DNA of 55,947 nt from Prorocentrum cordatum (taxonomy: Eukaryota). The position numbers and the translations under genes are program-made. Shown here in pieces: positions 25,180 through 36,664 of this stretch; within the stretch, counting starts at the first letter, position 1; every line of letters starts with the position of its first letter. Below the pieces are notes generated by a model, which was given only the letters and a program-made list of their open reading frames with translations, had not been told where the DNA came from and searched no databases. The stretch covers positions 62,001 through 117,947 of the forward strand of contig CAUYUJ010000123.1 of assembly GCA_963575745.1 (NCBI GenBank), read 5' to 3'.

Positions 25180-26330
25180 TATGATGTTGAAGCGGGCCTC
25201 GCGAGGCTGAAAACTGGCCGGGTCCCTGGGGCCGATGGTTTCCGAGCTGAATATGGCAAGGCAGCCTCGAAGGAATTGGCGAGACTCGTGGCCCCCCTGC
25301 TAGTCAAGACAGCCATCGCAGCTAGGGAACCGATTGCATTTAAATCCGCACGATTGGGCACATGTCCCAAAGGTTCAGGGGATTTCACTTTGGCCGCTTC
25401 ACGTCGGAGCATTTTGGTTTCTCCAGTTATAACCAACATGTATCATACATGTTTAAGGAGTCTTGCCATGGGCTACTTTTATGCCTCAGTGCAATCAGTG
25501 CAGATGGGAGGAATACCTGGTCGGGGGTGCGACATTGCTGTCCTCACCTCGCGCTTGCTTTTTCAACTTGCGGAAATCCACGGGCTTTCGACCAGGGCTT
25601 TACTTCTGGAACAAAAAAAAAGCGTTTTACACCACCTTGAGGCAGTTTGTCTTGGCGCTCCCGCAAGACAGTGAGGATGTCGAGTACGTGCTTGCTCATA
25701 TGGATTTGCCCCCCCTGCTTTTAGAAGGGCTCAAGTCCCAACTGGCTACTAAGCCGATGTTTGAGGATCGGATTCCATCCGAACATCTCCTGGCCCTCAT
25801 TAAAGAGAGTCAGCGGGGGGCTTTCTGGAGAGTTGCTTCGGCATCTAACTATGCCCTGCCTCGCCGAGGCACCAGGCCAGGCACCGTTTTCCCAGCGGAT
25901 ATTTTCAATGTTGTTTTCCAGGGGGTTCATACCGACATCAATCGGGAGCTCCATGATGTTTATGATGTCCTGGCTTCGTTTGGTTTACCCACCACTGATT
26001 TATTTCTGGCAAGAGAAGCACAACTTGACACCAGAGAGTGGGGGACCTCCTTCGTGGATGATCTCACCCAGCCCTTTGTCACCTCTGAAGCGGGGCAGCT
26101 TCTAACGACTGCGCAGCGGGTGCTTGATGCTGTGTATCAAGCCTGCTGCATTCGTGGCGTAATCCCTAATGCTGCCAAAACGGTTTTCATTTTAGATTTT
26201 CGGGGAAAGGGTTCGATGGCAGCGAGACTGGATAAGAACGGAGATCCTCATCTCCATGTCAGGTCTGACGCATGGGACTTTCAAGCCAAGATTGTCACTG
26301 ATCACCGTGTACTAAGGTCCTTCCTCTCCC
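25180..26330 (+). CDS. Reverse transcriptase domain of LINE B ORF2 (frameshift in the A run at ~25613-25621)
   Basis: GRVPGADG...PKG...RRSILV...QMGGIPGRG...KAFY...RGTRPG...FVDDL...NAAKT. Confidence 0.9.
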
Positions 26331-27019
26331 CCACCAACAGCATGGCTACGGAAGTGGTTGCAAGATGCCACGGGGCCAAGTCAGCTTTAGCCCCCATCAA
26401 GAAGGTCATCGGACCTAGGGGCATGCTCAGCATTCGTAAAAAGGTGCTGTATGCAGAATGTTTAGCTAGCTCCGTGCTGCTTTACAATGCGGCAACTTGG
26501 CTCGAACTCTCACAAAACTTGTGGAACAAAAAGTACGCATCACACATGAACAGGTTTATCGTGCGGCTCTGCATCTTCCGCGCGCCAACAACTCAGGAGA
26601 AAAAGTCGCGTACTTTGAGGTGTTGGGCCAAGTTTCGCGCCTTCCTCTTAACGTAGTGCTTTCGGTGGCACGCCTTAGGTTATTAGCTCGGCTCATGGCT
26701 GGCTGTCCGGATATTCTGCGTGTTTGTTTGCAATATCTTTGTGGGCCGATTAGAGGCTGGATGGCTCTTATTGAGGCTGACCTAGGCTGGCTCACCTCTT
26801 TCCTTGATCCCAGCAAACGGCCGCAGGACAATGCTGTGCTCAGCTGGATCAGGATTATCAAAGACAGCCCTAAGGCCTTTCGTTCCACCTTGAAGATTGT
26901 TGCCTCCAGAGCAGTACGATTCTGGAACGACCAGTTCCACCTTGAGGCGTGGAACAGGAGGTGCAGGCAGCACCTTCGGGGGTCCCCCCTCGAGAAGCAG
27001 GTTGGGCCTGCGCCCGCAG

Positions 27020-27205
27020 TGAAGTGCCCCCATTGTCCTGCAGTTTTTGTTTCTGAACGTGATTACCACGTCCATTTGGGCAAGTTTCATGCCCCCCACA
27101 GTGCGCCCAAAAACTTTGTGGTGGGGACTTGCTGCCAGGCTTGCTGCAAAGATTTTCACACCCCTGGGAGGCTCCACACACATGTTTCCAGAGTTGTGCG
27201 TTGTC
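27020..27205 (+). CDS. Two C2H2-type zinc fingers in LINE B ORF2
   Basis: CPHCPAVFVSERDYHVHLGKFH and CQACCKDFHTPGRLHTHVSRVVRC. Confidence 0.75.
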
Positions 27206-27474
27206 GTCAGGCCTGTTTTTTTTTCTCGGGACGTTGTCTTGGGGATGAGACGGCCATTGCTGCGAATATGCTCGAGGTTCGTGAGCAATCCGCTGCGAAT
27301 CGCAAATCTGGCAAGCAAGATCATCAAACGGTCAAGCCCCCCAAGCGTTCCTTTGGACCCCCCGTTGCTCTACCAGGACATGGGCAGCAGCTACCACAGT
27401 TCGACGCGCCTGAAGAGGTACCGCCACCGCCACCGCCGCCAGTATTCAGCCCCTTGCGGGCACCGTGCAGGCCA

Positions 27475-28250
27475 CAGATGTACATCTTACATCTCTTTTC
27501 AGGATATCGACGACAGGACGACTTCCAACACCAGGTGGAAGTGGCTTTAGAGCGGTTCCAGGCTAATATTATAGTTTTATCTATAGATGTCATCAACCAC
27601 CCTGTACGGGGTGACTTAACCAACGATAATCCAGTGCTAATGTGGATTCGTTTGGCTAAATCAGGACGCGTGGCTGGGGCCATGGCAGGTCCCCCCTGCG
27701 AAACGTCGTCGATTGCCCGTTTCAGGGAACCTGTTCAAGGAGCCCGTGGGCCCCGTGCGAGACCACCCAGACCTCTGAGGCTTGCATCACAGCTGTGGGG
27801 ATTACCGTTTGTCTCTGAGCGTGAGTCTGATCAGCTCTCTCTTGGGAACAGACTGTTGAGAACCACACTTGAATTTGCAGTGGTTTGTTGGAGGCTGTTC
27901 ATTCCTGAAGTTGTGGAGCACCCTGCAGAGCCTTGGAGCCCCCCAGAGGCCCCGAGCTCTTGGCACTTGGAGCTCACCAGAGACCTTCTTCAACAACCAG
28001 GGGTGGAGAAGCACACTATACATCAATGTGTTTTTGGGGCCCCCTCGCGCAAACCTACGTGTCTCATGGGTGTGCATTTTGGTGCCCTTCGGGATGCCCT
28101 TCGGGCTAGGCCTCAAAGGGGTCCTCTGTAACCATCATATGGGGCACATTGCTCTCGAAGGTGTGGATCAGCTGGGGGTCTGGAACACCGCACATGCAAA
28201 AGTTTACCCCAAAGGGCTATGCGAGCTTCTAGGGAGGGCCTTTGCTCAGG
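27475..28250 (+). CDS. C5 DNA cytosine methyltransferase-like (DNMT) domain at the C-terminus of LINE B ORF2 (frameshift near 28120)
   Basis: Motifs in order: I LHLFSG, II LSIDV, III GDLT, IV AGPPCET (catalytic PC), VI VVEHP, VIII QCVFGAPSRKPT, X-like AKVYPKGLCELL. Confidence 0.85.
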
Positions 28251-29580
28251 AGGCATGGGTGAAGTTTCCCTGGTTATTCGATACCCCCCACCGCCACTAC
28301 CCACTCCCGCATCGACTGTGACGACACGAAGGTTACGATTCAAACAACCACCACGACCCGCAGTGCGGGTACATGCCGATAGGCCGCGACAAGAAGGATG
28401 GAATACTAAGTTTGTACCTACAGATACGCAACATGTATGGACTTATGAAGACGAGTTATGGTTAAGACAGCAATATAATCTTGACGAGACATGCGATGAG
28501 TGGTTACCACCGTCATTGCGAAGATACTACGTGCCACTGGACCCGTACATGGACACGAGAACGATTGGTATGGATTGCATGCGACAAAATAGGCCAGACA
28601 GAGAGGATGCAGGGCAGAGCTAACTCACTTTCTTCTATGTTGCCCTGCCCCGGCTCACCTGATGTCTCGCCTAACAGCAACTTTGTAAGCCTCTTGGGGG
28701 CCTCACCAGTACAGTGTAGGGACCAGAGGTAAGTGAAGGGCTGGACTATGAAGGTGATGCCGTGCCCACCCAAGTGCCGCCAGTGTACACTCACTCTAAA
28801 AAGTAGTAGTAGTCCAGTGCTGTCTACTATGGTATATAGCTCGACATGGTCAGTAGCTGACCCTCTGGGGGTGAAGGCTTCTTTTCCAAATATATTACCT
28901 ATTTCCTTTTTCCCTCTTATAGTGTACGCCCACTTTAAAAGGCAGTAGCCCATACTGCACTGCATGATCAGGGAGGGAGAGGGTAGAGATGGGTGGGGTT
29001 CCATGACCTATGGCTGCCAATCTCACCTGACTTGATTGCCCCTGTACGGCCTGGTGCAGCTGTGTGGCTGCACAGAGCCGAGGCTTTACACTGTTGCTGC
29101 TGGCTGCTGGCTCTGCTGCCGCCGCCGCTCTTACCCCCCATCCCCCTCTTTTTGCCGTCCACCCTCTGTGATCGGGCTTCCACTCTCTGCCCTAAAGCCG
29201 CGAACGAACGAACGAGGAGGAGGAGAAGGAGGAGAAGGAGGAGGTGGAGGTGGCGTGTGAGCAGGAGGAGGACGAGAAAAGAGGAGGGCAGGACGACCAG
29301 CAGAAGAGCTGGAGCGGAAGGAGCTGGAGAAGCGGGAGGACCATGAGAAGACGCACGCGACAAAAACCAAGGGGGGCGACAGCGATGCAACAAAAGGAAT
29401 CGGATCCAGGAGAGCGGCCCGCGCGGGGGCGAGAGCGCCTCTCTCTGAACGGCGGGCGCAGAGAGCCGGTTCGAGAATGAGGGCCACGCTGCAGCGGGAG
29501 CACCAGTGGTGCTCCAGAAGTGGCACTTCTGAAGCACCGACGACAAGCACATAGAAAACACACGCAGCAGAAAAACATAG

Positions 29581-29730
29581 GGGGGCCACATGCGAACCCT
29601 ACCCCTGCCCCCCACGATTTCTGAGGGGGAGGGTGGGGTTCACTTCGTTCGGGAGCTCCCGAGCGAAGTGAGCCCCACCCTCCCCCTCAGAAATCGTGGG
29701 GTGCAGGGGTAGGGTTCGCATGTGCCCCCC
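29581..29730. repeat. 150-bp spacerless palindrome (foldback element)
   Basis: 75-bp arms centred on GGGAGCTCCC at 29651-29660, ~4 mismatches. Confidence 0.95.
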
Positions 29731-29959
29731 CAAAACAAACAAGGCCGAATCCCGTGCAAAAAACAGTACGTGCGCTGACATCCTGCCACTCCCTCCCAGC
29801 CCTTCCCGCTGCGCTGATGCTTTCCAAATCCGCGGGCGCGTGACGAAGCCGCCCTGTAAATCTCAGAAGAGAAAAACCCAACGTGTTGTGTGCGCGGTCG
29901 GAAAAGGGAAGCCGCGCGGACAGGAGGAGGGAGAGGAGGAGGTGGCGGATGAGCAGGAG

Positions 29960-30280
29960 GTCGGCTCCGGGCCAGGAATTTCCTGCTGGTGGTCAGCATG
30001 CCGGGACGGGGTGGGGGGTCAGGGTCGGTTCCGGGCCAGGAATCGTCGGTTCGGGGGCCCCAGGAACAAAGGTTCCAATGGGTCAGGATGCCGGGGCGAG
30101 GTGAAGGGTCAGGGTCGGTTCCGGGCCAGAAGTTGTCGGCGGGGGGGGGGTCCAAGAGCCACGGTTCCAGTGCGTCAGGATGCGGGGGCGAGGTGGGGGG
30201 TCAAGGCTCGGTTCCGGGCCAGAGATTGTCGCGGTTGGGGGGCCCCAGGAGCAGAGGCCCCAGTGGGTCAGGATGCCGAT
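29960..30280. repeat. Degenerate ~90-bp tandem repeat (GTCAGGATGC...GGGTCGGTTCCGGGCCAG)
   Basis: Three to four units, with GGTTCCGGGCCAG at ~30027, ~30117 and ~30210. Confidence 0.75.
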
Positions 30281-30579
30281 GACGAATAGCAGCAGCAGAA
30301 GAGCTGGAGTGGAGGGAGCGGGAGGGGCAGGAGGGCCAGGGGAGGGCGGAGGACGGGCAGGAGGGGAGCGACGACGATGCAAAGAGGGCTCGGATCCAGG
30401 AGAGCGGCCCGCGCCGGGGCGAGAGCGCCGATCGGAACGGCGGGGGCCAAGCCCCGATCCGAAAACGGGGCCCCCGCTGCAGCGGGAGCACCACTCTCGA
30501 AACACCGAAGACAATCGGACCATAAACGATAAGCAGACGACAAACATTGAAATCCTGAGCGTTACATATATATATATAT

Positions 30580-30621
30580 ACTAGAACCACGCGCGCGCTT
30601 CGCGCGCGCTTAGGTTCTAGT
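30580..30621 (-). mobile_element. Helitron-like 3' terminus next to (TA)n
   Basis: Minus strand reads CGCGCGCG-AAG-CGCGCGCG-TGGTT-CTAG|T, i.e. a GC hairpin followed by CTAG. Confidence 0.5.
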
Positions 30622-30848
30622 TTGCTCCGAAAACGGTGTTCGCAAGCACGGGTCCGATTCCGTGGCGATTCGCGGGAAATCTACGTCCGAAAATGACGTG
30701 TTGCCAGAGGCAGGTCCGCGGATGCTTTAATGCAACGTGTCCAGTGTATCCAACGATTGCATACTTGTTACATATGCTACATATTGTATTGTTCTGCAAT
30801 ATTAGGCCCCCCCCCCCCTTGGAGCCGCGCCACATCGTCGGACCAAAT

Positions 30849-33802
30849 CTGGAGGGCCTCATTCTGGGCCTCAAAACATAGAAAGACCTATGGAAAATCA
30901 ACAATTTCGGCCTCTTGGGCCTCTTGGGACTCCAAGAGGGCCTCAAGATGGCCGACGATGGCCCCAAGACAGCCCAAGACGGCCTCAAGACGGCCCAAAA
31001 TGGCCCCAAGAGGGCCCATGAGGCTCCCAAGAAGATCCACGAGAGCACTCAAACCCGAACAATCTTTCCATGACACCCTCACCCTTAGACCCGAACCTTG
31101 AGACCGAAGACCCGAGCCCAGAAATCGAACCCGAACGCCTCAACATCTCAAATGAAGAGGCTCATCCCCGCTCCACCGTTTCCTCCTTCCTTCTGAATCC
31201 TTCCTTCTTCCACTTGCTCAAACTCCTCCTCCTCCTCCTCCTCCTCCTCCTCCTCATCGCCCTCCTCCTCCCACTCCTCCTCCTCCTCCTCCTCCTCCTC
31301 CTCCTCCTCCTCCTCCTCCTTCTCCTCCTTCTCCCCCTCCTCCTCCTCCTCCTCCTCCCCCTCCTCCTCCTCCTTCTCCTCCTTCTCCTCCTCATCCCCG
31401 TCCCTCCCCTCCCCCTCCTCGTCCTCCCCATCCCCCTCCAATGCGCCGGGCCGGGCATGGTATGGAAACTGCCTTCGCCGACTCTCTGCCGCCTTGCCTC
31501 TTGGGGCCTCTTTGGGGCCTCTTAGGCACCTCTTGGAAGCCTCTTGGGGGCCTCTTGGGGGCCTCTTGGGGCATCCTGGGGCCTTCTTGGGGTTGTCTTG
31601 GGGCCCTCTCGGGCCGTTTTGGGGGCCTCTTTGGCCGTCTTGGCGCCCTCTCGGGCCGTCTTGGGCGCCTCTTGGGAACCTCTTGGGCCGTCTTGGGGCG
31701 GTCGTGGGGGTCTTTTCGACCGTCTTCAACGCCGTGAAGGCCCAGGAGCGTCCCGGGAGGCCTTCCTGGGCTGTCTTCGGGCTATCCTAGGGCGCCTCGT
31801 GGGGCTTTCGGACCGCTCCGACAGCCAAGGGAGCTGATATCCTAAAAATGTACGTTTTACGAAGGGAATGGGGCCATTTTGGTCTCCCGGGGCGCTCTTG
31901 GGGGGCCTCTTGGAGGCCTCTTGGGGCGGTTTGATGGCCTCTTGGCCCTTCTGGAAGCGATCTTTTGCGGTCTTGAAGCGATCCTGGGGTTCTCTCGGCG
32001 CTCTTGGAGCCTTCTTGGGCGGACTGGGCAGCCCGGGGGCCGCCGGAGGAGCGTCCCGGGAGGCCCTCCTGGGCCGTCTTGGGGCTGTCCTCAGTCGTCC
32101 TGGAGCGTCCTTGGGCGCCTCGTGGGGCTTTCTGGCCGCTCCGACAGCTAAGGGAGCTGATATCGTAAAAATGTACGTTTTACGAAAGGAATGGGGCTAT
32201 TTTGGTCTCCCGGGGCGCTCGTGGGGGGCCTCTTGAAGGCCTCTTGGGGCGGTTTGAGCGCGACTTGACCCTTCTGGAAGCGATCTTTGGCGGTCTTGAA
32301 GCGATCCTGGGGTTCTCTCGGCGCTCCTGGAGGGCCTCATTCTGGGCCTCAAAACATAGAAAGACCTATGGAAAATCAACAATTTCGGCCTCTTGGGCCT
32401 CTTGGGACTCCAAGAGGGCCTCAAGATGGCCGACGATGGCCCCAAGACAGCCCAAGACGGCCTCAAGACGGCCCAAAATGGCCCCAAGAGGGCCCATGAG
32501 GCTCCCAAGAAGATCCACGAGAGCACTCAAACCCGAACAATCTTTCCATGACACCCTCACCCTTAGACCCGAACCTTGAGACCGAAGACCCGAGCCCAGA
32601 AATCGAACCCGAACGCCTCAACATCTCAAATGAAGAGGCTCATCCCCGCTCCACCGTTTCCTCCTTCCTTCTGAATCCTTCCTTCTTCCACTTGCTCAAA
32701 CTCCTCCTCCTCCTCCTCCTCATCGCCCTCCTCCTCCCTCCCTCCTCCCGCCTCTCCTCCTCCTCCTCCTCCTCCTCCTCCTCCTCCTTCTCCTCCTCCT
32801 CTCCCCCTCCTCCTCCTCCTCATCCCGTCCTCCTCCTCCTCCTTCTCCTCCTTCTCCTCCTCATCCCCGTCCCCCCCCTCCCCCTCCTCGTCCTCCCCAT
32901 CCCCCTCCAATGCGCCGGGCCGGGCATGGTATGGAAACTGCCTTCGCCGACTCTCTGCCGCCTTGCCTCTTGGGGCCTCTTTGGGGCCTCTTAGGCACCT
33001 CTTGGAAGCCTCTTGGGGGCCTCTTGGGGGCCTCTTGGGGCATCCTGGGGCCTTCTTGGGGTTGTCTTGGGGCCCTCTCGGGCCGTTTTGGGGGCCTCTT
33101 TGGCCGTCTTGGCGCCCTCTCGGGCCGTCTTGGGCGCCTCTTGGGAACCTCTTGGGCCGTCTTGGGGCGGTCGTGGGGGTCTTTTCGACCGTCTTCAACG
33201 CCGTGAAGGCCCAGGAGCGTCCCGGGAGGCCTTCCTGGGCTGTCTTCGGGCTATCCTAGGGCGCCTCCTGGGGCTGTCTGACAACTCGGACAGCCAAGGG
33301 ATGCTGATATCCTAAAAATGTACGTTTTACGAAGGGAATGGGGCCATTTTGGTCTCCCGGGGCGCTCTTGGGGGGCCTCTTGGAGGCCTCTTGGGGCGGT
33401 TTGATGGCCTCTTGGCCCTTCTGGAAGCGATCTTTTGCGGTCTAGAAGCGATCCTGGGGTTCTCTCGGCGCTCTTGGAGCCTTCTTGGGCGGACTGGGCA
33501 GCCCGGGGGCCGCCGGAGGAGCGTCCCGGGAGGGCCTCCTGGGCCGTCTTGGGGCTGTCCTCAGTCGTCCTGGAGCGTCCTTGGGCGCCTCGTGGGGCTT
33601 TCGGGCCGCTCCGACAGCTAAGGGAGCTGATATCGTAAAAATGTACGTTTTACGAAGGGAATGGGGCTATTTTGGTCTCCCGGGGCGCTCGTGGGGGGCC
33701 TCTTGAAGGCCTCTTGGGGCGGTTTGAGCGCGTCTTGACCCTTCTGGAAGCGATCTGTGGCGGTCTTGAAGCGATCCTGGGGTTCTCTCGGCGCTCCTGG
33801 AG
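30849..33802. repeat. ~1478-bp tandem duplication of a composite (GGGGCCTCTT)-rich repeat
   Basis: Copies start at CTGGAGGGCCTCATTC, 30849 and 32327. They are near-identical apart from the CCT tract. Confidence 0.95.
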
Positions 33803-34059
33803 CCCTCTTGGGCGGGCTGGAACGCGCGGGGGCCGCCGGAAGGGCGCCCCGGGAGAGGGCCGCACCCTATATACAAGGGAGGTTCCGGCCCGGGGCCCGG
33901 GGCCCGGGATCTCCCATATATGTATATACGTATATATAAACAAAACACGCGGAAGGGGGCGGCACCACGCCCCGGAGAACTTCATGGGAGAGAGGAGAAC
34001 AGCATCCAAATCGAGAAACTGTAAAACCATTTTTCGGCACCTCCCCCTACACATGAACT

Positions 34060-34167
34060 GTTGGCGCTCCGCGCGGATTTCTTGGATCCGCGCTGGTCCT
34101 CCCCGGCGGCGCCTCCGGCGCCGCCCCAGGGCCCAGCGCGGATCCAAGAACTCCGCGCGGAGCGCCA
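34060..34167. repeat. Foldback element related to 5478-5606
   Basis: TGGCGCTCCGCGCGGATTTCTTGGATCCGCGCTGG / CCAGCGCGGATCCAAGAACTCCGCGCGGAGCGCCA. Confidence 0.8.
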
Positions 34168-35043
34168 GAAGTTTCTGCTGATGCCGCTTCTGAGCGCACC
34201 CGCATGGAGACCTTGTAGAACCAGCTTTGTGCTCCTGCGTTGCTCCTCCCCGTGCGTGCCGGGGCCTGCGGCCCATAATCAAGGGGCCCAAGGACACACA
34301 AACAAATACACACAAAAACAGGATCTCCAACATTTCCTATATTTTCTGGGTTTTTGTCTCCCCCCCCCACTTCCCAGATCTTCCCACATTTCCTGGGGAA
34401 TCGACGATGGATTGTGTCTGTGTGTTTCTTTCCCTCCTGATCTACTCCGACCCCATCTAGCAGGCCTCGACTGGCGAGGTTGGAAAGCACCCGATCGCCC
34501 CGAGATCCAACAGGCTGCGGTCCAGGGCAGGCACGGGCCACCGCGGCAGAGGCGGAGCCCCCTCCCCGCCCACACGGAAGGGGCCCACGAGCACACAAGT
34601 CAATACGCACAAATGACAGGAATCGACGATTAATTGTGTCTGTGTGTTTCTTGTCCTCCTGACCAAAGAGCTCCGCGGGCGGCGACACGCGCAGTGCCGA
34701 GCAAGAGGCCCGGCGGCGCCCCAAAAAGAGCGAGGGCACCGACGCGGCGAGCAGAGGGCCCTCTCTAGGGGGAAAACAAACCTACCTCGCTTTTGACCAC
34801 CCTCGCTTCCAAGAGATACCAAACGATGCCAAACTACGGCCTGTATTGGTCAGGCCGCTTGACGAGGAGGCGCGTGGTATGACTTGGTTTTGCCTGAAGC
34901 GAAACCGGGGTAGGTAATTCACGCTCTGAATCCCAGGCCCCCGGAAGGGGATCCTCTCGGAGGGCACGCGCCGCACCCCGCGGGAGCGGCCCGACCGCGC
35001 GCGGGCCCAAGCGGTGACAGGCACCGCAGCTCTGCGCGCTTTG

Positions 35044-35968
35044 GGAGGGGGAGGGAGGGAGGGAGGGAGGGAGGGAGGAGGGAGGAGGGAGGGAGGGAGG
35101 GAGGGAGGGAGGGAGGGAGGAGGGAGGAGGAGGAGGAGGAGGAGGAGGAGGAGGAGGAGGAGGAGGAGGAGGAGGAGGAGGAGGGGGAGAAGGAGGAGGA
35201 GGGGGAGGAGGAGGAGGAGCAGGAGGAGGAGGGGAGGAGGAGGAGGACATGGAGGAGGAAGAGGAGGAGGGGAGTAGGAGGAGGACATGAGGAGGAGGGG
35301 AGGAGGAGGAGGAGGAGGAGGAGGGAACCTGGACCCGCCCCCCTCCGCTGCGCGGCGTCGGCCTGCTGCGCGTCCCTCCGGGCGGCCACGAGCCGGGCGC
35401 CTCCGGGCTGCGCCAAGCGGGCCTTCGTCTCCTCCGCCTCGACCTTGCCGGGGCGGGCGCGCGCGCAGGAGGAGGAGGCGGAGGAGGATGGGGAGGAGGA
35501 GGAGGAGGAGGAGGAGGAGGAGGAGGGGGAGGAGGAGGAGGAGAAGGAGAAGGAGGAGAAGGGAGGAGGAGGAGGAGGGGGAGAGGAGGAGGAGGAGGAG
35601 GATGGAGGAGGAGGAGGAGGAGGAGGAGGAGGAGGAGGAGGGGAGGAGGGGGAGGAGGGAGGAGGAGGAGGAGGAGGAGGAGGAGGAGGAGGAGGAGGAC
35701 AAGGAGGACAAGGAGGAGCACCGCCGGCGTACCCGGCCAGGGGCCATCCAGGGCGCTGGCACGGAGTGCACGCCCACCTGGCCGAGGCCGGGAAGGTCCG
35801 TGCTTTCTACCGCCCGTGTGCCTCCCTGCGGCCCCGGATGGCCCCGACCATGCCTTGTGGTGGTGGTGGCGATGTGCAAGTGCCTTCTGCGCAAAGAAAG
35901 GGAGGAGGAGCATGAGGAGGAGCATGAGGAGGAGGAGGAGGAGGAGGAGGAGGAGGAGGAGGAGGAAG
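35044..35968. repeat. (GGA)n/(GGGA)n tracts with short GC-rich interruptions
   Basis: Directly visible. Confidence 0.92.
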
Positions 35969-36664
35969 GCCATGACCTCTCAGCGCCGCGGCAGGACCGT
36001 CACGGGCGATCTCTCGAGTCTTAGACTTCGCGGCCCACTGGCTGTCTCCCTTGCCGCGGAACGCTGATCGGGGGTTCAAGGATCCACGAGGGGGTTCGCA
36101 AAGCATGGCCCGAGGCACGTGCGCGGCCCAGAAGCGGCCAACGGGACGTGTTGCAAGAATAGCATATCAAGGCAGAGGATAACGAGAACTAGGGAGAAGA
36201 AAGAGGAGGGACGAATCGAGGAGGGAGGAGGCCACAGAGCCGCGAAGATCACCGAATCCGGAGCCCCACGGATCGGCGGCACTCGCCAGAGGCCATTACA
36301 ATAACATGTCAAGGCCTTAACTAAGAAAACATGGTAGTCTGAAAAGACGAGTGTGAATAACACGTAGCGCTACGAAACACAACACATCGTAATGCCCAGA
36401 AGCGCAGCAAAGTAAAACAACACACAAGTATACTACGAATGAGAAGAAGTGGGGGTCTCTCCTGGAAGTGGCCAGCTTGCTGTCTGGGAAGAGGAAGACA
36501 GATCAGGTTGGCAACCACGTGCGACACCTACCCCTGCAGGTCATGCTTCGGGAAACATGAACAGCTGGGAGTCAGAATTCGAAGGATGTCTGCAGTGCGG
36601 TGGCCCGCAACGGGCGTGTCCGCCGAATGGCCACGCAGTGCTAGGATCCGCAAGTGGTCGCAGA

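Larger units (their letters stand above)
19595..29216 (+). mobile_element. Full-length LINE (element B) encoding RNase H, APE, RT, zinc fingers and a DNA cytosine methyltransferase-like domain
   Basis: ORF1 plus multi-domain ORF2. GAGGAGGAGAAGG flanks it at 19582-19594 and 29217-29229 (candidate TSD). 3' tail is (CGAA)3. It interrupts a dispersed repeat that resumes after it. Confidence 0.88.

Noticed and set aside
27475..28250. Bacterial restriction-modification methylase or contamination
   Set aside because: It is in frame with the LINE zinc fingers and inside the element boundaries, with no restriction partner.
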